Source: Lama glama (taxonomy: Eukaryota). From it: 64,000 nucleotides of DNA. A model generated the notes under the pieces. That model was given only the letters and a program-made list of their open reading frames with translations. It was not told where the DNA came from and made no database searches. Each line of letters opens with the position of its first letter. Within the stretch, counting starts at the first letter, position 1. The DNA is taken from NCBI GenBank assembly GCA_028534125.1, contig CM052817.1, forward strand, positions 92,258,001-92,322,000, read 5' to 3'. The position numbers and the translations under genes are program-made. This document shows, piece after piece, positions 52,570 through 64,000 of the stretch.

Positions 52570-55500
52570 TTAAATCATTTTTTATTGAACAATGTAATGC
52601 AAATATGGAATACTGCATAAAGTAAATAAACAGTTTACTGAATGTTCACTTCATGCCGAGTGTGCCAAAGTTTCTGCTCCCTTTCAATATTCACTTGGGT
52701 TTATTGTCCTTTCTTGTCACTTTTTTGCCATTTCAAAAATTTTTTTCTACTCATTCAAGGACACATCTTAATTATCAGCAACACTATTCATCCAATTTGC
52801 AACATTTTGTGAATAATATGTTGCTTTTAATGTTATGGTTACCTTTTTGTATGTTATCTTTTTCAGATAGTTTGTCTAAAGATTTCCTTTAAAGTTTAAA
52901 TTCTCTAGCAAGATATATGTTTGATTCTGAATTTTTAAAAAGGTGAATGCTCTAAAATTACCATATCCTACTTAATGGCAATCTTTTTCTTGCACTTTAA
53001 AGGTAGTTTTATCATTCAAGGGTGCATCCAAAATAAGCCATAGGTTCTTTTGATCTGTTTTTAAAAATGCATTTTGTGTCTTTTAATCTATAGATCTTCT
53101 TTCCATCCTTTTTATGCCCAGTGCACTTTATTTGGGAAAGAAGGGGGCTTTACTTTTGTTGTTGTTTGTTCTTGTTCTGGTGTTGTTTTGTTCTGTTGTC
53201 AGATTTTGCTAATTTTATTCAGATGGTAGATTTAACATATTTCTCAGTCCTCTCTATTTCCTGTTAAATTGCTAGTTTATGGGCGTGATCAGGTCAGGCT
53301 GCTTTCTGTTGTTGTTGCTGTTTTTCTGAAAAACTATTTTATAGGTAGTGGTGCATTCTTTTGTCATCAGGCAGTAAATGCTATCTGCTGAGTTCTCTGT
53401 GTGATGTTAGCGACGTTGGTGCCCAGAGTCCAGATCAGCATTTCTCAACAGTCTTCCATTATGCTCCACCTTCAGAGCTTTTTAGACATTATTTTCCTAA
53501 TCACCCTTTCCCCTTAGGAAACTGTCTTTTGCCAAATTTGAAAAACTATTAATTCTTCAAGTATTTTTCTGTACCATACTCTTTTCCCTTTCCTTCTGGG
53601 ATTCTGATGACACAAATGCTAGATCTTTTTTGTTATCCCTTCCTCCTGAGTTTACTTTTTTTTATTCCATTTCTACCATATTTTTTTTCCTGTTGGGAGA
53701 TTGGATAATTTCTACTGAGGTATCCTCAAGTTCACTAATTCCTCTTTCCTTGCCATTCTGCCATTGAGTCTTTGCAGACAGTTATAAATTTCAGTTCTTT
53801 TATTTTTTAGTCATAAAATTTCCATTTGCTTCTTATTTATAGCCTCTATTATGTTGCTTCTACTTTCAATTATAACTTCTGTTTCAGGATTTTTCATAAT
53901 TGCTTGTTCAAGTATTTTAAAATAGCTGCTTAAAATCTTTTCCATACAATTTCAACATTTGTGACATCTCAGAGTTGCTGTGTTGATTGTTATTCTCATG
54001 TGAATTGAGATGTTCGTGATTCTTCGTAAGCTGAAAAACTGTGGTTGGGATCCTGGACATTTCGACTATTATATTAGGGGTCCCTGGGTCTTGTTTAAGC
54101 CCTGTGAAGAATGTCGATTTTGTTTTAGTAGGAACTTCAGTTGGTTAGGTTGAGGATGCAGGTTCTAACCCACTTTCTTTGGGCTGCAGTTCCAAAGTCA
54201 ATTTTTAGTCTTTGCAGTGCTTTATTTTCATTTAATTCTAACAATCCTAATAACAAATAAAGTAGGTATTATGATACTCATTTCCCAGGTAAAAAAGATA
54301 GGTTTAAATTCAGTCTGTCACTAGCTATCTGCTATGGAACAAGACACTCTTTGAGCCTTGATTTCCTCATCTGTAAGATGGGATTGATAGTACCTAGATC
54401 ACTGGATTGTTTGAGGACTGAGTAAAAGATCACATTTAGCTTATCTAGCATATTGCAAATCTTAAAGAAATCCTGGCTAGTCTTCTCATTAAAGAAAAAA
54501 ACAGTTTTATTGAGGAAAAATAATACATAATGAAATACACACATTTTAAGTTATAGGAGATGACTTTTGGCAATTGGATACACTGTGTAACCACCCCACC
54601 AATCAAGATATTACAGAACATTTCCAGTGTAGATCCTTTGTATTTCCATACAAATTTTAGAATCAGCTTGAGAACATAATCCCTGAAGAAATGAAACTCC
54701 TCGGGCCAGAATCACAATGGCCCAGGCTCTCTGCCAAGGGGCAAATGTTAGATTTGATTTCCTAGTAATTTATTAAAGACGTTTGTATCTATGTTCAGTT
54801 TTATGTTTTTTAATGTCTTTGTCTAGTTTTGGCATCAGGGTAATGCTGTTCTCAAAATGGGTTGGAAAGTGTTCTTTCCTGTTTTATTTTCTGAAGAGTT
54901 TGTGGAGAACTGATAAAATTTCTTAAAATATACGGAAGAATTTACCATTGAAATCATTCAGATCTGGAGCATTCTTTGTGGGAAAGATAATCTAGTAATG
55001 ACATTTTAAAATAGATATAGAGCTATTCGTATCATCTAGTCTTCTTGAGCGAGTTTTTTTTTTCTTTCAAGGGATTTGTTCATTTCATCTTAATTTTCAA
55101 ATTTATTGGCTAAGGTTGTTCATAATATTCCCTTAATTGCCTTTTAATGTCTACAGATTCTCTAAAGATGTCCCCTCTTTCATTCCTGCTACCTGTATTT
55201 TACGGTGTCTTTTATTTTTTTTCCTAGACAAGTCTGCCTAGAGCCTTTAATTTTATTGTTCCTTAAAAAGACAAAAAACAAAAAAGCACCTTTTGATGTC
55301 ATTGATTTTTTCTATTGTTTTAAAGCTTTTCAGTATAATTTTTTGTTCTATATTATATTATTTCCTTTCATTTGCTTGCTTTGAGTTAATTTGCTCTTCT
55401 TTTCCTAATTTCTTACAGTGAACATGTAGATTCTTATTTTGTTTTCTCATATAAGCAATTAATGGTAAAGAAATTTCTGTAAGCATTGCTTCTATTGCAT

Positions 55501-55860
55501 CCCACAAATTCTGACATGTTAACATTTTAATTTAATTTAAAATATTTTCTTGTGACCCATAGTTTGTTTAGAAGCATGTAATTTAACTTCCAACTACCTG
55601 GGTTTTTACAAATATCTTTTTGTTATTGAATTCTAGTTTAATTCCTTTGTGGGCAGAGAAAATATTTTCTTATGACTTCGATCATTTAAAATTTGATGAT
55701 GCTGTTTTATGATAGAATATGGTCCACTTTGGTGAACGTTCCATGTGCACTTGAAAAGAAGCCATGTCCTCCAGCTATTGGGTGGAATTTTCTATAAATG
55801 TCAAATAGGTCAAATATGTTGATAGAAATTTTCATACAGGTCTTCTCTATCAATAGTTCC
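52570..55860 (-). mobile_element. Cluster of decayed ancient L1 fragments, interrupted by MIR pieces
   Basis: T-rich L1 antisense tracts. The endonuclease remnant FDIYRKFHP...FFSSAHGTFTKVDHIL appears in ORF 55707-55904 (-). Confidence 0.65.
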
Positions 55861-55904
55861 CACATTTGCCTGTACTCTGTTGAAATTATCTTTGTATCTT
55901 CCAA

Positions 55905-56020
55905 AAATATTAATGCCAGTATCCCACCTAAAGATTGTGATTTAATAAGTCTGGGATGTAGCCTGTTCTTTGGCGTTATTAGGAGATTCCCAGGTGATTC
56001 TCATGTGAAGGCAAGCAAGG
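55905..56020. mobile_element. MER5-like hAT-Charlie fragment
   Basis: Motif agattgtgatttaataagtctggga...cccaggtgattctcatgtg. Confidence 0.55.
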
Positions 56021-56889
56021 GACCTGGGTTCTGTATCCTTACAGATTTTCTGTATACTTGTGTTACAAATTACAGTGAGGGGAGTGATGAACTTTCCAAC
56101 TAGAGTTGTGGGCTAGTTTTTTTAATCTCTGTTCCATCAGTTTTTGCTTCAGTGCCATTTGGTAGCACTGTTAGGATTCTGCATCTTCTTAATGAACTGG
56201 CTCCTTTATCTTGTTTTAATATCAATTCCTCTGATCACTAGTGAAGGTAAATAGTAAAGAAATCTTTCTGGCCATTTTTCCTCCTCTGTGAGTTGCCTAT
56301 TTATGTTATTTGAACTTTTATCTTTCTCAGAATTCCTTATATTCTCAGAGCTTTACTATATTCTCCCAGCCTGTACATTGTTTTTAACCTGATTTAAACT
56401 GTCTTCTCTTCTGTTTATAAAACTTAGAACTCTTCTGTGTATAAAATAATTAAATTTAAAATCTTTTCCTTAATGAATGGCACTGTTTTGTCTGATTTAA
56501 CAAATTCTTCCCCATGTTGATGTCACAAAGACATCTGTTTTTTCCCTAGAAGTTTAGTTTTGTTTTTCACACTTCACATTTACTTCATTTGGAGTTTAAT
56601 TTTACTTGTGGTGTGAGATGAGGATCTAATTTCATATTTTTATATAAATAGCTAACTTAACTAAAACCACCATAATTTGTCTTTTCTATAGAAACAAAGT
56701 TTCTATTAACAAAGTTATTGTACCAGTTTTACTCCCAAGAATAATGAGTAACAATTCTGTTCCACAACCTCATCAACATTTCTTTCTTACCAGACACCCT
56801 TATTGTATACCAACTTCCAGGTACAGCTACACCCTAACTTTCTTTTTGTCTATTTTTGTGTTAATATCACATTCTTAAAAGTTGCTTTT

Positions 56890-57455
56890 TAAAATAGAAT
56901 TACCGTATGATCTAGCAATTCCACTTCTGGATACATACCCAAAAGAACTGAAAGCAGAGTCTCAAAGAGATATTTGCACAGACCATGTTTATAGCAGCAG
57001 TCATAATAGCTAAAAGCGAAAAGCAACTCAAGTGTCCACTGAATGCTGAATGGCTAAACTGTGGTATATACATATAATGGAATAACATTCAGCCTTTAAA
57101 AAAAGAAGAAATTCTGATACATGCTACAACATGTATAAACTTTGAGGATGTTATACAAAGTGAAATACGTTAGCCACAAAAGACAAATATGTATGATTCT
57201 ACTTAAATGAGGTAACTAAAATAGTCAAACTGATAAGAGACAGAAAGAATGGTGGTTGCCAGGGACTGGAAGTAGAGGTGAACTGGGAGTTGTTTAATGG
57301 GGATAGAGTTTCAGTTTTGCAAGATGAAGAGTTCTGGGGACTGGTTGCACAACAATGAGAATATATTTAACACTACTGAACTGTACACTTTAAAACAGTT
57401 TAAGTGCAAATATTTTATGTGTATTTTACTCTATTTAAAACTAAAAGAAAAAACC
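56890..57455 (+). mobile_element. L1MB-like 3' end
   Basis: Motifs atagaattaccgtatgatctagcaattccacttctgg and gagtttcagttttgcaagatgaagagttctgg. Confidence 0.8.
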
Positions 57456-58148
57456 CACCCCAAATCTTCTAGGAAAAAAAGCAGCTTTTTAATACTTCTA
57501 GTCTTTGGTATTCTGCAGCTTCACCATGATGTGTCCCTTTATGGAATTCCTTATTCTAATTCTGCTCAAGAATAAGTGCTTCTTGAAGATAATTCAAATA
57601 TTCTAAAACCCTGACAAATTCTTGGCTACTATTCTTTGAATCCTGCTCACACTCATTCTCTCTAGTCTCTTTTTGACACTATTAGATTTATGTTGGCTCT
57701 TATTTTCCACTTATTTAGCTCCTGCACTGCAGTCTAGTAAATGTCCTCATACTGTGTAATTTAGCTCCAAATATGTAGTTCTCAAACACTGAAACAAAAT
57801 TTTAAAAATATTCCTTAAAAGACCCTATGTCAGGAAACTGTGCTAGAAGTAAAAAGTCAAGAAACAGATAGACATAGGGCTCACCTCTACAACTTGGAAG
57901 AGTGTGCCAAAGCCAAAACAATAACAAATATTAAAAACAAACAGGATGCTGCTTTGTGTAAAGTGCTAGGTAACTGTGAAAGATATCAAGCCAGATTACA
58001 TTACATCCCAAAGCCTGACACATAGCATTTCACACTGTGCCTATGGCCTCAAGCAGGACATTAATTTACTTTTAAGCCTCTTTCTGTGAGTTGCTGTGAG
58101 GAACGAACGGGTTAAAGTGAACAAAAGCACTATATACCGAGGTAGTAT

Positions 58149-58324
58149 TAAGGTATTTTCTCAATTCTAAAATATTATGAAACGGTCAGGAGCACTATGG
58201 ATTTTATAATAGTGTGGGGAAGATGCGGAGAGGTATAATTCCTTACAGGTACACTTAAGGGTTTTCCAACTTGGGAAATTAAAAATACGGAAAAGTCTGC
58301 TTTCAGAATTGAAGAACCACGGTA
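58149..58324. mobile_element. Degenerate TcMar (Tc2/MER104-like) MITE
   Basis: Imperfect inverted ends taaggtattttctcaattctaaaa / tttcagaattgaagaaccacggta (17/24 complementary), TA-bounded. Confidence 0.45.
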
Positions 58325-58424
58325 CATTCTCTGTTATTACGTCCACACATGCCCTTTTCTTGAATTTGTTTCTCGTTCAGCGTTCAGTTTTACCAACCTC
58401 CTTCCTGTCAGCCGTCAGAATTTT
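58289..58424 (+). repeat. 136-bp direct repeat, copy 1 (likely donor)
   Basis: Identical to 59859-59994 except one base (58314 G vs 59884 A). Confidence 0.97.
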
Positions 58425-58479
58425 CCAGACTGCATTTCTGACTCCATTTTCAGGGTCCTCCTGAGACTGAAGAGCTGCT

Positions 58480-59370
58480 TCTCGCGGACTGGCTTTCCCG
58501 CGCTTAACTTAGCTTCTGAACTGTCATTGGCTGTTGCTCTTCCCGGAACCGCCCACAACGGCCTCAATCCTGATTGGATGCCAGTTTCCTTTTGTTATGG
58601 CAAAAGGTGGATCCCGGGGCTTTGAGAGAGGACGATTGGGGCGTCGGGCAGCTAATGCGCATGCGTGCCTTCTTGAGCGGTGATTGGCTGGCGGCGGGCG
58701 GGACGGGGCGGGACTCCCATCTCGGCGCACGCTCTGTGGGCGGAGAGGGCGGGGCTGCCGGTGCCCGTTGGTCCAAGAGTCGGGGCCTGAGGCGTCCTCC
58801 TGTTCCCTCCCCCTGCCGGCGTCTGAAACGGCAGGTGAGGGGAGTCATGGGCCGCGGAGGGCCTGGCTCCCGGCGACTGGAGTTGTGGCCTCCGTACCGC
58901 CGAGAGCCTGGAGGGAGGGGCGGGCTGGACGCGGCCCAGCGCTTCGGGGACCGGGGAAAAGCGTCCCCGGGCCTGGGCATTTGGTGGGCGGCTGAGGCCT
59001 GGCTCTGTGCAGAACCCCTGCGCAACCTCTTTTTCTCTTCTCTTCATTCGCCCAGAGGTTCCTTTGGGGAAGGTCGCCCGCGGTCCCTGGCGGGACCTCC
59101 TGCCGCCTTCACCCCGCAGCACCTGAGCCGACGGCCTCAGTCCAGCTGCCCGCCCTGAAATGGGGCTGCGGGAGGGGCTTTCGGGTGGGATGGGCCCTGG
59201 CACGCCTGGACTTGCCCGTGGCTGCTTTGCCGAGAACTCGGAGATGCGGGGACAGGACGCCGAGGCGGGGGTGGGGGGGAAGCGAGTGAGCGGTAAAACA
59301 AGGGCTGGCGACATCTTTCCAGGCGCTGAAAGCAGTCCGGGTTAGTTTCTTTAATGGGCGTATCTCAGAG
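58480..59370. promoter_or_regulatory. SCOC: CpG-island promoter of SCOC, probably bidirectional
   Basis: GC and CpG density rise sharply here. There are four inverted CCAAT boxes (ATTGG at 58526, 58573, 58635, 58683), an NRF1-type TGCGCATGCG at 58656-58665, GC boxes (GGGCGG) at ~58695-58755 and an ETS-like CCGGAA at ~58543. Confidence 0.9.
58655..58834 (+). other. SCOC: SCOC CpG-island alternative first exon region; homologous to the long human isoform N-terminal extension but frameshifted here; true TSS unknown
   Basis: It reads MRMRAFLSGDWLA in one frame, then GRDGAGLPSRRTLCGRRGRGCRCPLVQESGPEASSCSLPLPASETA in another. This is colinear with the recalled human MRRRVFSSQDWRASGWDGMGFFSRRTFCGRSGRSCRGQLVQVSRPEVSAGSLLLPAPQAE. 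The donor is GCAG|gtgagg at 58834/58835. Confidence 0.85.
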
Positions 59371-59858
59371 TTCCTCCTGGACAATTTTGAGGGTTAGGAT
59401 TAGAAAGGAGAAAGAGGACACATTCCTGAAAGGCAGGGCTTTTGCTGTTCAACGTATTGATTCCAGCACTATGACGTAATATTAAGAACAGATGCTGTGC
59501 TATGTTCTCAACACTGTATCTGTACCTGAGGTTCCAAAGATATGCCTATATATTCTGTGCCTGTACCAACCCATTGATTAAACTCAATATAGCTAGCCAC
59601 TCTGGGGATCTAGTTTCTGATCAAATTCTTATTTGGCCAAACATTTCTTAATCTTATGGAATTTAAACTGGGATTTATCTAACCAGGACAAGTCAGAATT
59701 TGAGGAACCTGAACAAACCATGTTGAAGTTTGATGCGGCTTGAAGGGAATGAAATTTATCTTCAGTTGCTTAGATAGTAGAAATAGCAAAGGAATTTGAT
59801 ATCAGGGGTTGCAAAATGTTTGACAAACTTAGATTAGGATCATATTAAAGTATCTTCT

Positions 59859-59994
59859 GGAAAAGTCTGCTTTCAGAATTGAAAAACCACGGTACATTCT
59901 CTGTTATTACGTCCACACATGCCCTTTTCTTGAATTTGTTTCTCGTTCAGCGTTCAGTTTTACCAACCTCCTTCCTGTCAGCCGTCAGAATTTT
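59859..59994 (+). repeat. 136-bp direct repeat, copy 2 (likely derived insertion, in a SCOC intron)
   Basis: 135/136 identity to 58289-58424 at an offset of 1570 bp. It begins with GGAAAA and is immediately followed by GGAAAA. Confidence 0.97.
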
Positions 59995-60439
59995 GGAAAA
60001 ATGGAAAAAGCAGGGATTTTATAGGTAGACCTGAGTTCAAATTCTTGGTACAAACTTTGCCTGTGAAATCTAAGGCAAAATACATAACCTGTCTGAGATA
60101 CAGCGTCTCCATTTGTAAGTTGTAATGTCCTGTTGATTTGATAAACTAATAATGTATGCAAAGCATTTAGTATATTAATGCATAGTGATGTTATTTTAGT
60201 AGTCTTACTAGTTCACTAATAGGTAGATAACAGATGATGAAAATTAGTATTAGATGCATAAAAGTTGGGTGGTTGAGATTGGATGGATATCAGGGAACAG
60301 TCAAAATCTCAGTCTTGACTCTTATCTTGGGTAAGCCATTATCATCTTGGCCTTGGTTTATTTGTAAAATTGAAGCAATTGGACTAGGTGATTTTTCTAA
60401 AATTCTTATGACCTTAATTATAGCTAGAAAGTAGAGAAG

Positions 60440-60682
60440 ATAATAGCTAATACTAGAAATCACCTACTATGTACTGTTGCAAGCACATTATGGATATCAG
60501 CTCGTAAAATTCTCACAACAAAACTATAAGGTACGTACTATTACTATCCTCACTTTACAGATGAGGAAACTGAGGCAAAGATGTTAACTAAACTTACCTA
60601 AAGTTCTAGAGCTTATAAACAGCAGAGCTAGGGTTTGAATCCAGGTAGTCTAAATCCATGGTCTTAATCACTGTGCTAAACT
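60440..60682 (-). mobile_element. MIR SINE
   Basis: Core tttacagatgaggaaactgaggca. Confidence 0.8.
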
Positions 60683-62063
60683 GTGTCTTCTGAAGAATGA
60701 TGTTGTGGTACTGCTGGGGGTACTAGCAAAGAAGGTGGATGTGTATTTGGTAATACAAATGATAATCTCTGATCAGTTGGGTGTGTGCCACACTTCCTGA
60801 TCTTGCTGTCTCCATACTTCTGCTTCTTGGACTTAAATTATCAAAGTAAGTCTAGATTCTCTTCCACTGACCAAGGCTAAATGAAGAAGATAGTTGCCAA
60901 AATTGACTGATTTTTGAGAAAAATTTTATGATATCTGACCTCAGCTTTGGTCAGAGTTGAAGAATCTCAGACAACCATATCTATTTCAGAACTCAGGCCG
61001 ATTTTGGATAAACAGATCAATCTTAGCATCCTATATTTATTTCAGTGTTCCCACACTTGAGATATTTTGGTCTGGATTCTCTCTCTTTTTATGTCATATT
61101 TGCTTTTATGTGTAGGAGCAGGAGTTGAAAATGAACTCTTAAGAGCACATATGACGTAGAAGTGGTTTGATAGCAACTGTAGTTTGAGAAAAAATTTTAT
61201 AGTTGAAAAATTCAATCTTACATGGAGTGCACATTCTGACACAGTAGTGTGCTAACGTAGGCATTGCAGAGTATGAAGATTGATCCTATTTTGAAGAAAA
61301 TAAAACCCATGGCTAAAATATTTTGATGTAAAGAGCTCAACAAACCTTTTGATCACATATATAAAATAAACCAGTTTATTACTCTAAATTTCCTGAAACT
61401 CTTAGAATATATTCAAGAGCAGCATTTTCAGGTCAGTCTATTTTATCACACCACAATAGGAAAAAATTGTGTTTTATCGTGCCATGCTAGTTAGGCAGGT
61501 TTTGCACTGTTCAACCATTAGCGTGTAATCTTACGTGTGTAACTGTGTGAGTAGTCCTCTCTCGGGTTGCGTGGTGTATCCTATAACACTGTCCTCGCAC
61601 CATGCTCTTCCACCCCAACCTTGAATGTGTTTTTCTAAGAGTAATTTTTCCTCTAATAAGCCCCCTTCACCCTGTTTTACTGTGGTTTTTTTTTTCCTTT
61701 TATTTTTTTCAGATGAATGCAAACTGTTGATAAGCCATGCATAAATTGTCTATTGTTCGGGTTATATGTAGCCAAAACTTCAGAAACTGGCTTCTCTTTC
61801 CTTACCTACTATATTGGTCAGTCTGGAACATTTCGCTTTTGTAGAAGACTTTTTGGTTCAATTTTAGTATTAGCTAAAACACAGGCAAAAGAAGTATAAC
61901 CCATCCCTATACTCGATTTAATTTCAAAATCAAGTGCATTGATTTTGTCATTTTCTGTTGCTTTAGCTTGAATATTATATAACCCTTCTTAGCTGTCATG
62001 AAAATTCTGTTTCCTCTGTAGTCTTCAAAACACTGTATAATAGAAATTTAAGCATTTAATATA

Positions 62064-62473
62064 CAGGCTTCCCCCACTATCCGAAAGTGTTTCTGTGAAA
62101 CCTTTTATAAGCCAAATGGTGTAAAGTAAAGAAGCAATTATCTTAAGACATATCTTGTGAACAGAAGCACAAAATAGGGATAAAAGCACAGGAGCTTACA
62201 GACACAGTTCAAAGCTATGGTGGCTTGATGCTGAGATGCTGTGTGTTTTCAGGGAAGGAGCTTGGTGGTATCACTCTCACCTGCTCAGAGTGAACGCTGC
62301 CTCTATTATAGCTTGCTGCAAAACAAACACCGAATGCTGTTTTTGCTTTTTGCCATTTTTCATGAAAGTGAAAATCTGCTTCAGACTTTTGTTTAGCAAA
62401 AACAGGTACTCATGTAGGTCTTTCATACAAATGAATGGCATAAAGTGAACTTTCGAAAAATGGGGGATACCTG
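62064..62473. mobile_element. Tigger-family non-autonomous element (~410 bp)
   Basis: TIRs CAGGCTTCCCCCACTATCCGAAAGT / ACTTTCGAAAAATGGGGGATACCTG, with TA on both sides. Confidence 0.85.
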
Positions 62474-62820
62474 TATTATGTAGCAGGGGAAATAGCCAAG
62501 TTGAAGTCTACTGTTGCTGAGTATTCCCAAGATCACTTACTTTTGCTTTTGGTTGTTACCTCTTATTCTTCCCAGACTTTAGCCAGATCAGTAGTTGAAG
62601 GGGTATGAAAATGCTCTTCTCTTGGGGAAGTGCCAAATAAAGTTTTCACTGCTAACATTCTTCCTCTTCAATTATAAAGACATTATTTGAATGCAGAGGA
62701 ATTTTTGAAGTGTAGTGTTCAAATACTACACAGGATTGAAGAACTTTTGAAAAAATTTTCATAATCAGTGTATTTGGATTTATGTAGATGTGTGTGTGTA
62801 TATATGCACACATATTTACA

Positions 62821-63016
62821 CAGTTGACCATTGAACAACAAGGGGGTTAGGAGCTCCAACTCTTTGCATAGTTGAAAATCCACATATAACTTTACAGTTG
62901 GCCTTACATACACACAGTCCACAACTGCAGACTGAACTAACTGCAGGTCGTGTAGTACTGTAGTAGTACTTACTGAAAAACTCTAGTTCAAACCTGTGCT
63001 GTTCAGCGGTCAACTC
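62821..63016. mobile_element. Tigger2/MER8-like MITE
   Basis: TIRs CAGTTGACCATTGAACAACA / TGTGCTGTTCAGCGGTCAACT. Confidence 0.8.
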
Positions 63017-63049
63017 TGCATCTGTATCTTTCTTCCTTTCTTTCTTGCT

Positions 63050-63089
63050 ATCCATCCATCCACCCATCTACCTACCTACCTACCTACCT
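63050..63089. repeat. (ATCC)n/(TACC)n compound microsatellite
   Basis: tccatccatccacccatctacctacctacctacctaccta. Confidence 0.85.
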
Positions 63090-64000
63090 ATTTAAAACTT
63101 TCTCTGAAGTACAAAGAACCTGAGAAAACCATGTGAAAAAGATATGAGGGAGAGCAGTGCTTATGCTGGATCAGTGGAAAGATGCCAGAATACTTGAGGT
63201 AGATTTATTAAGCATTGTTTTTATACTGTTTGTAGCTAGTAATTCTTTAATAATGCTCTGTGTAAAGGAAGTTTAATACCTTTCTTTTTTAGACTGATAT
63301 CTTAACCAAGATGTAGTTTATACCTGTGTACAGAGCATTCTGTTCCCATGTTCACACTAGTATCTGAAGTGTCACACAGTTATATTAACTGAAACTGTGA
63401 GGTGATATACACTGATCACAGTTTTGATTGTGATTATAGTTCTAGTAGTAGACGTTTTTGTTCAATAGGTTTGGGTTCTACTGTTCAGCATTTGGAGGCA
63501 TAACAATGCCTTGGATATAGTAGATGTTCAATAAATACTTGTTGAAAGAGTAACAAAACTGACAGGTCTAAGTTCCTTCAGTGAGTAGATTAGATTGGTT
63601 AACAAATCTGTTTTCAGTAATAATCTGGTAGCATTATTTATAAATTTTGAGCACACTGCATGTGAATGAATGTTAGCAATTGAGCAGGACATGTTTCACA
63701 AGAATTTTGTGCTCTAATATTTTGGAGCCTTTTATAGAAACAAAGTGTTAATATTTATTTACTTATTTATATCCTAATTAATCTGTTTTAACCATAACCA
63801 GGAGGTGACAATGGACATGTTTTCATTTAATCCATATTAGTGTTTCAGATACCGAGTATTTTTCTTTAGAATTTTATGTTTAAAAAGTATTAATTGCTAT
63901 ATATAAAACAATGCTTTAATAATGAAGACTATTTTAAGAGATGTCTTCCTTGCTCCCATCACATAATGATGTTAGATTTTTTCATTTTGCTGTATTCTCT

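Larger units (their letters stand above)
31508..64000 (+). other. SCOC: SCOC transcription unit, partial (5' exons and introns); the coiled-coil-coding exons are beyond the window
   Basis: Two SCOC-homologous 5' exons lie about 27 kb apart. No exon encoding DHS...MMNADMD was found by eye before 64000. Confidence 0.85.

Noticed and set aside
58524..59384. Long overlapping ORFs in the CpG island (194, 220 and 153 aa)
   Set aside because: These reflect stop-codon scarcity in GC-rich DNA. The plus-strand ORFs read through the splice donor, and only the SCOC-homologous part is meaningful.
61685..61760. Strong-looking acceptor (poly-T...cag at ~61712) as the next SCOC exon
   Set aside because: The downstream sequence does not encode DHS...MMNADMD, and the ATG frame stops after a few codons.
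1..64000. CRISPR arrays, operons, rRNA or prokaryotic defence systems
   Set aside because: The sequence is mammalian intronic/intergenic DNA with no repeat-spacer arrays or gene-dense coding structure.

Overview
This is mammalian genomic DNA, most likely camelid, judging by two tRNA-Ala-derived SINEs of the Vic-1 type. It is not a prokaryotic window, and nearly all ORF-track entries are spurious or LINE-1 remnants. The window holds the 5' part of SCOC (short coiled-coil protein, + strand). This includes a 70-nt coding exon at 31526-31595 encoding MDGSSKQEEEDSTFTNISLADDP, the LIR-containing N-terminus, which the ORF track missed. It also includes a CpG-island promoter with an alternative first exon (~58480-59370, donor at 58834/58835). 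The shared downstream SCOC exons lie beyond the right edge. The rest is mostly L1, L2, MIR, LTR and DNA-transposon relics plus candidate enhancers. The most notable observations are four. (1) A near-perfect 136-bp direct duplication brackets the whole CpG-island promoter. (2) A -1 frameshift breaks the reading frame that forms the long human SCOC N-terminus. (3) Two CpG-retaining antisense exon candidates splice in frame into a 70-aa ORF with a strong Kozak context; this one is speculative. (4) Two twin-primed L1s are present, one inside a four-layer TE nest. Protein and repeat-family identities come from recalled sequences, not database searches, and most repeat boundaries are approximate.
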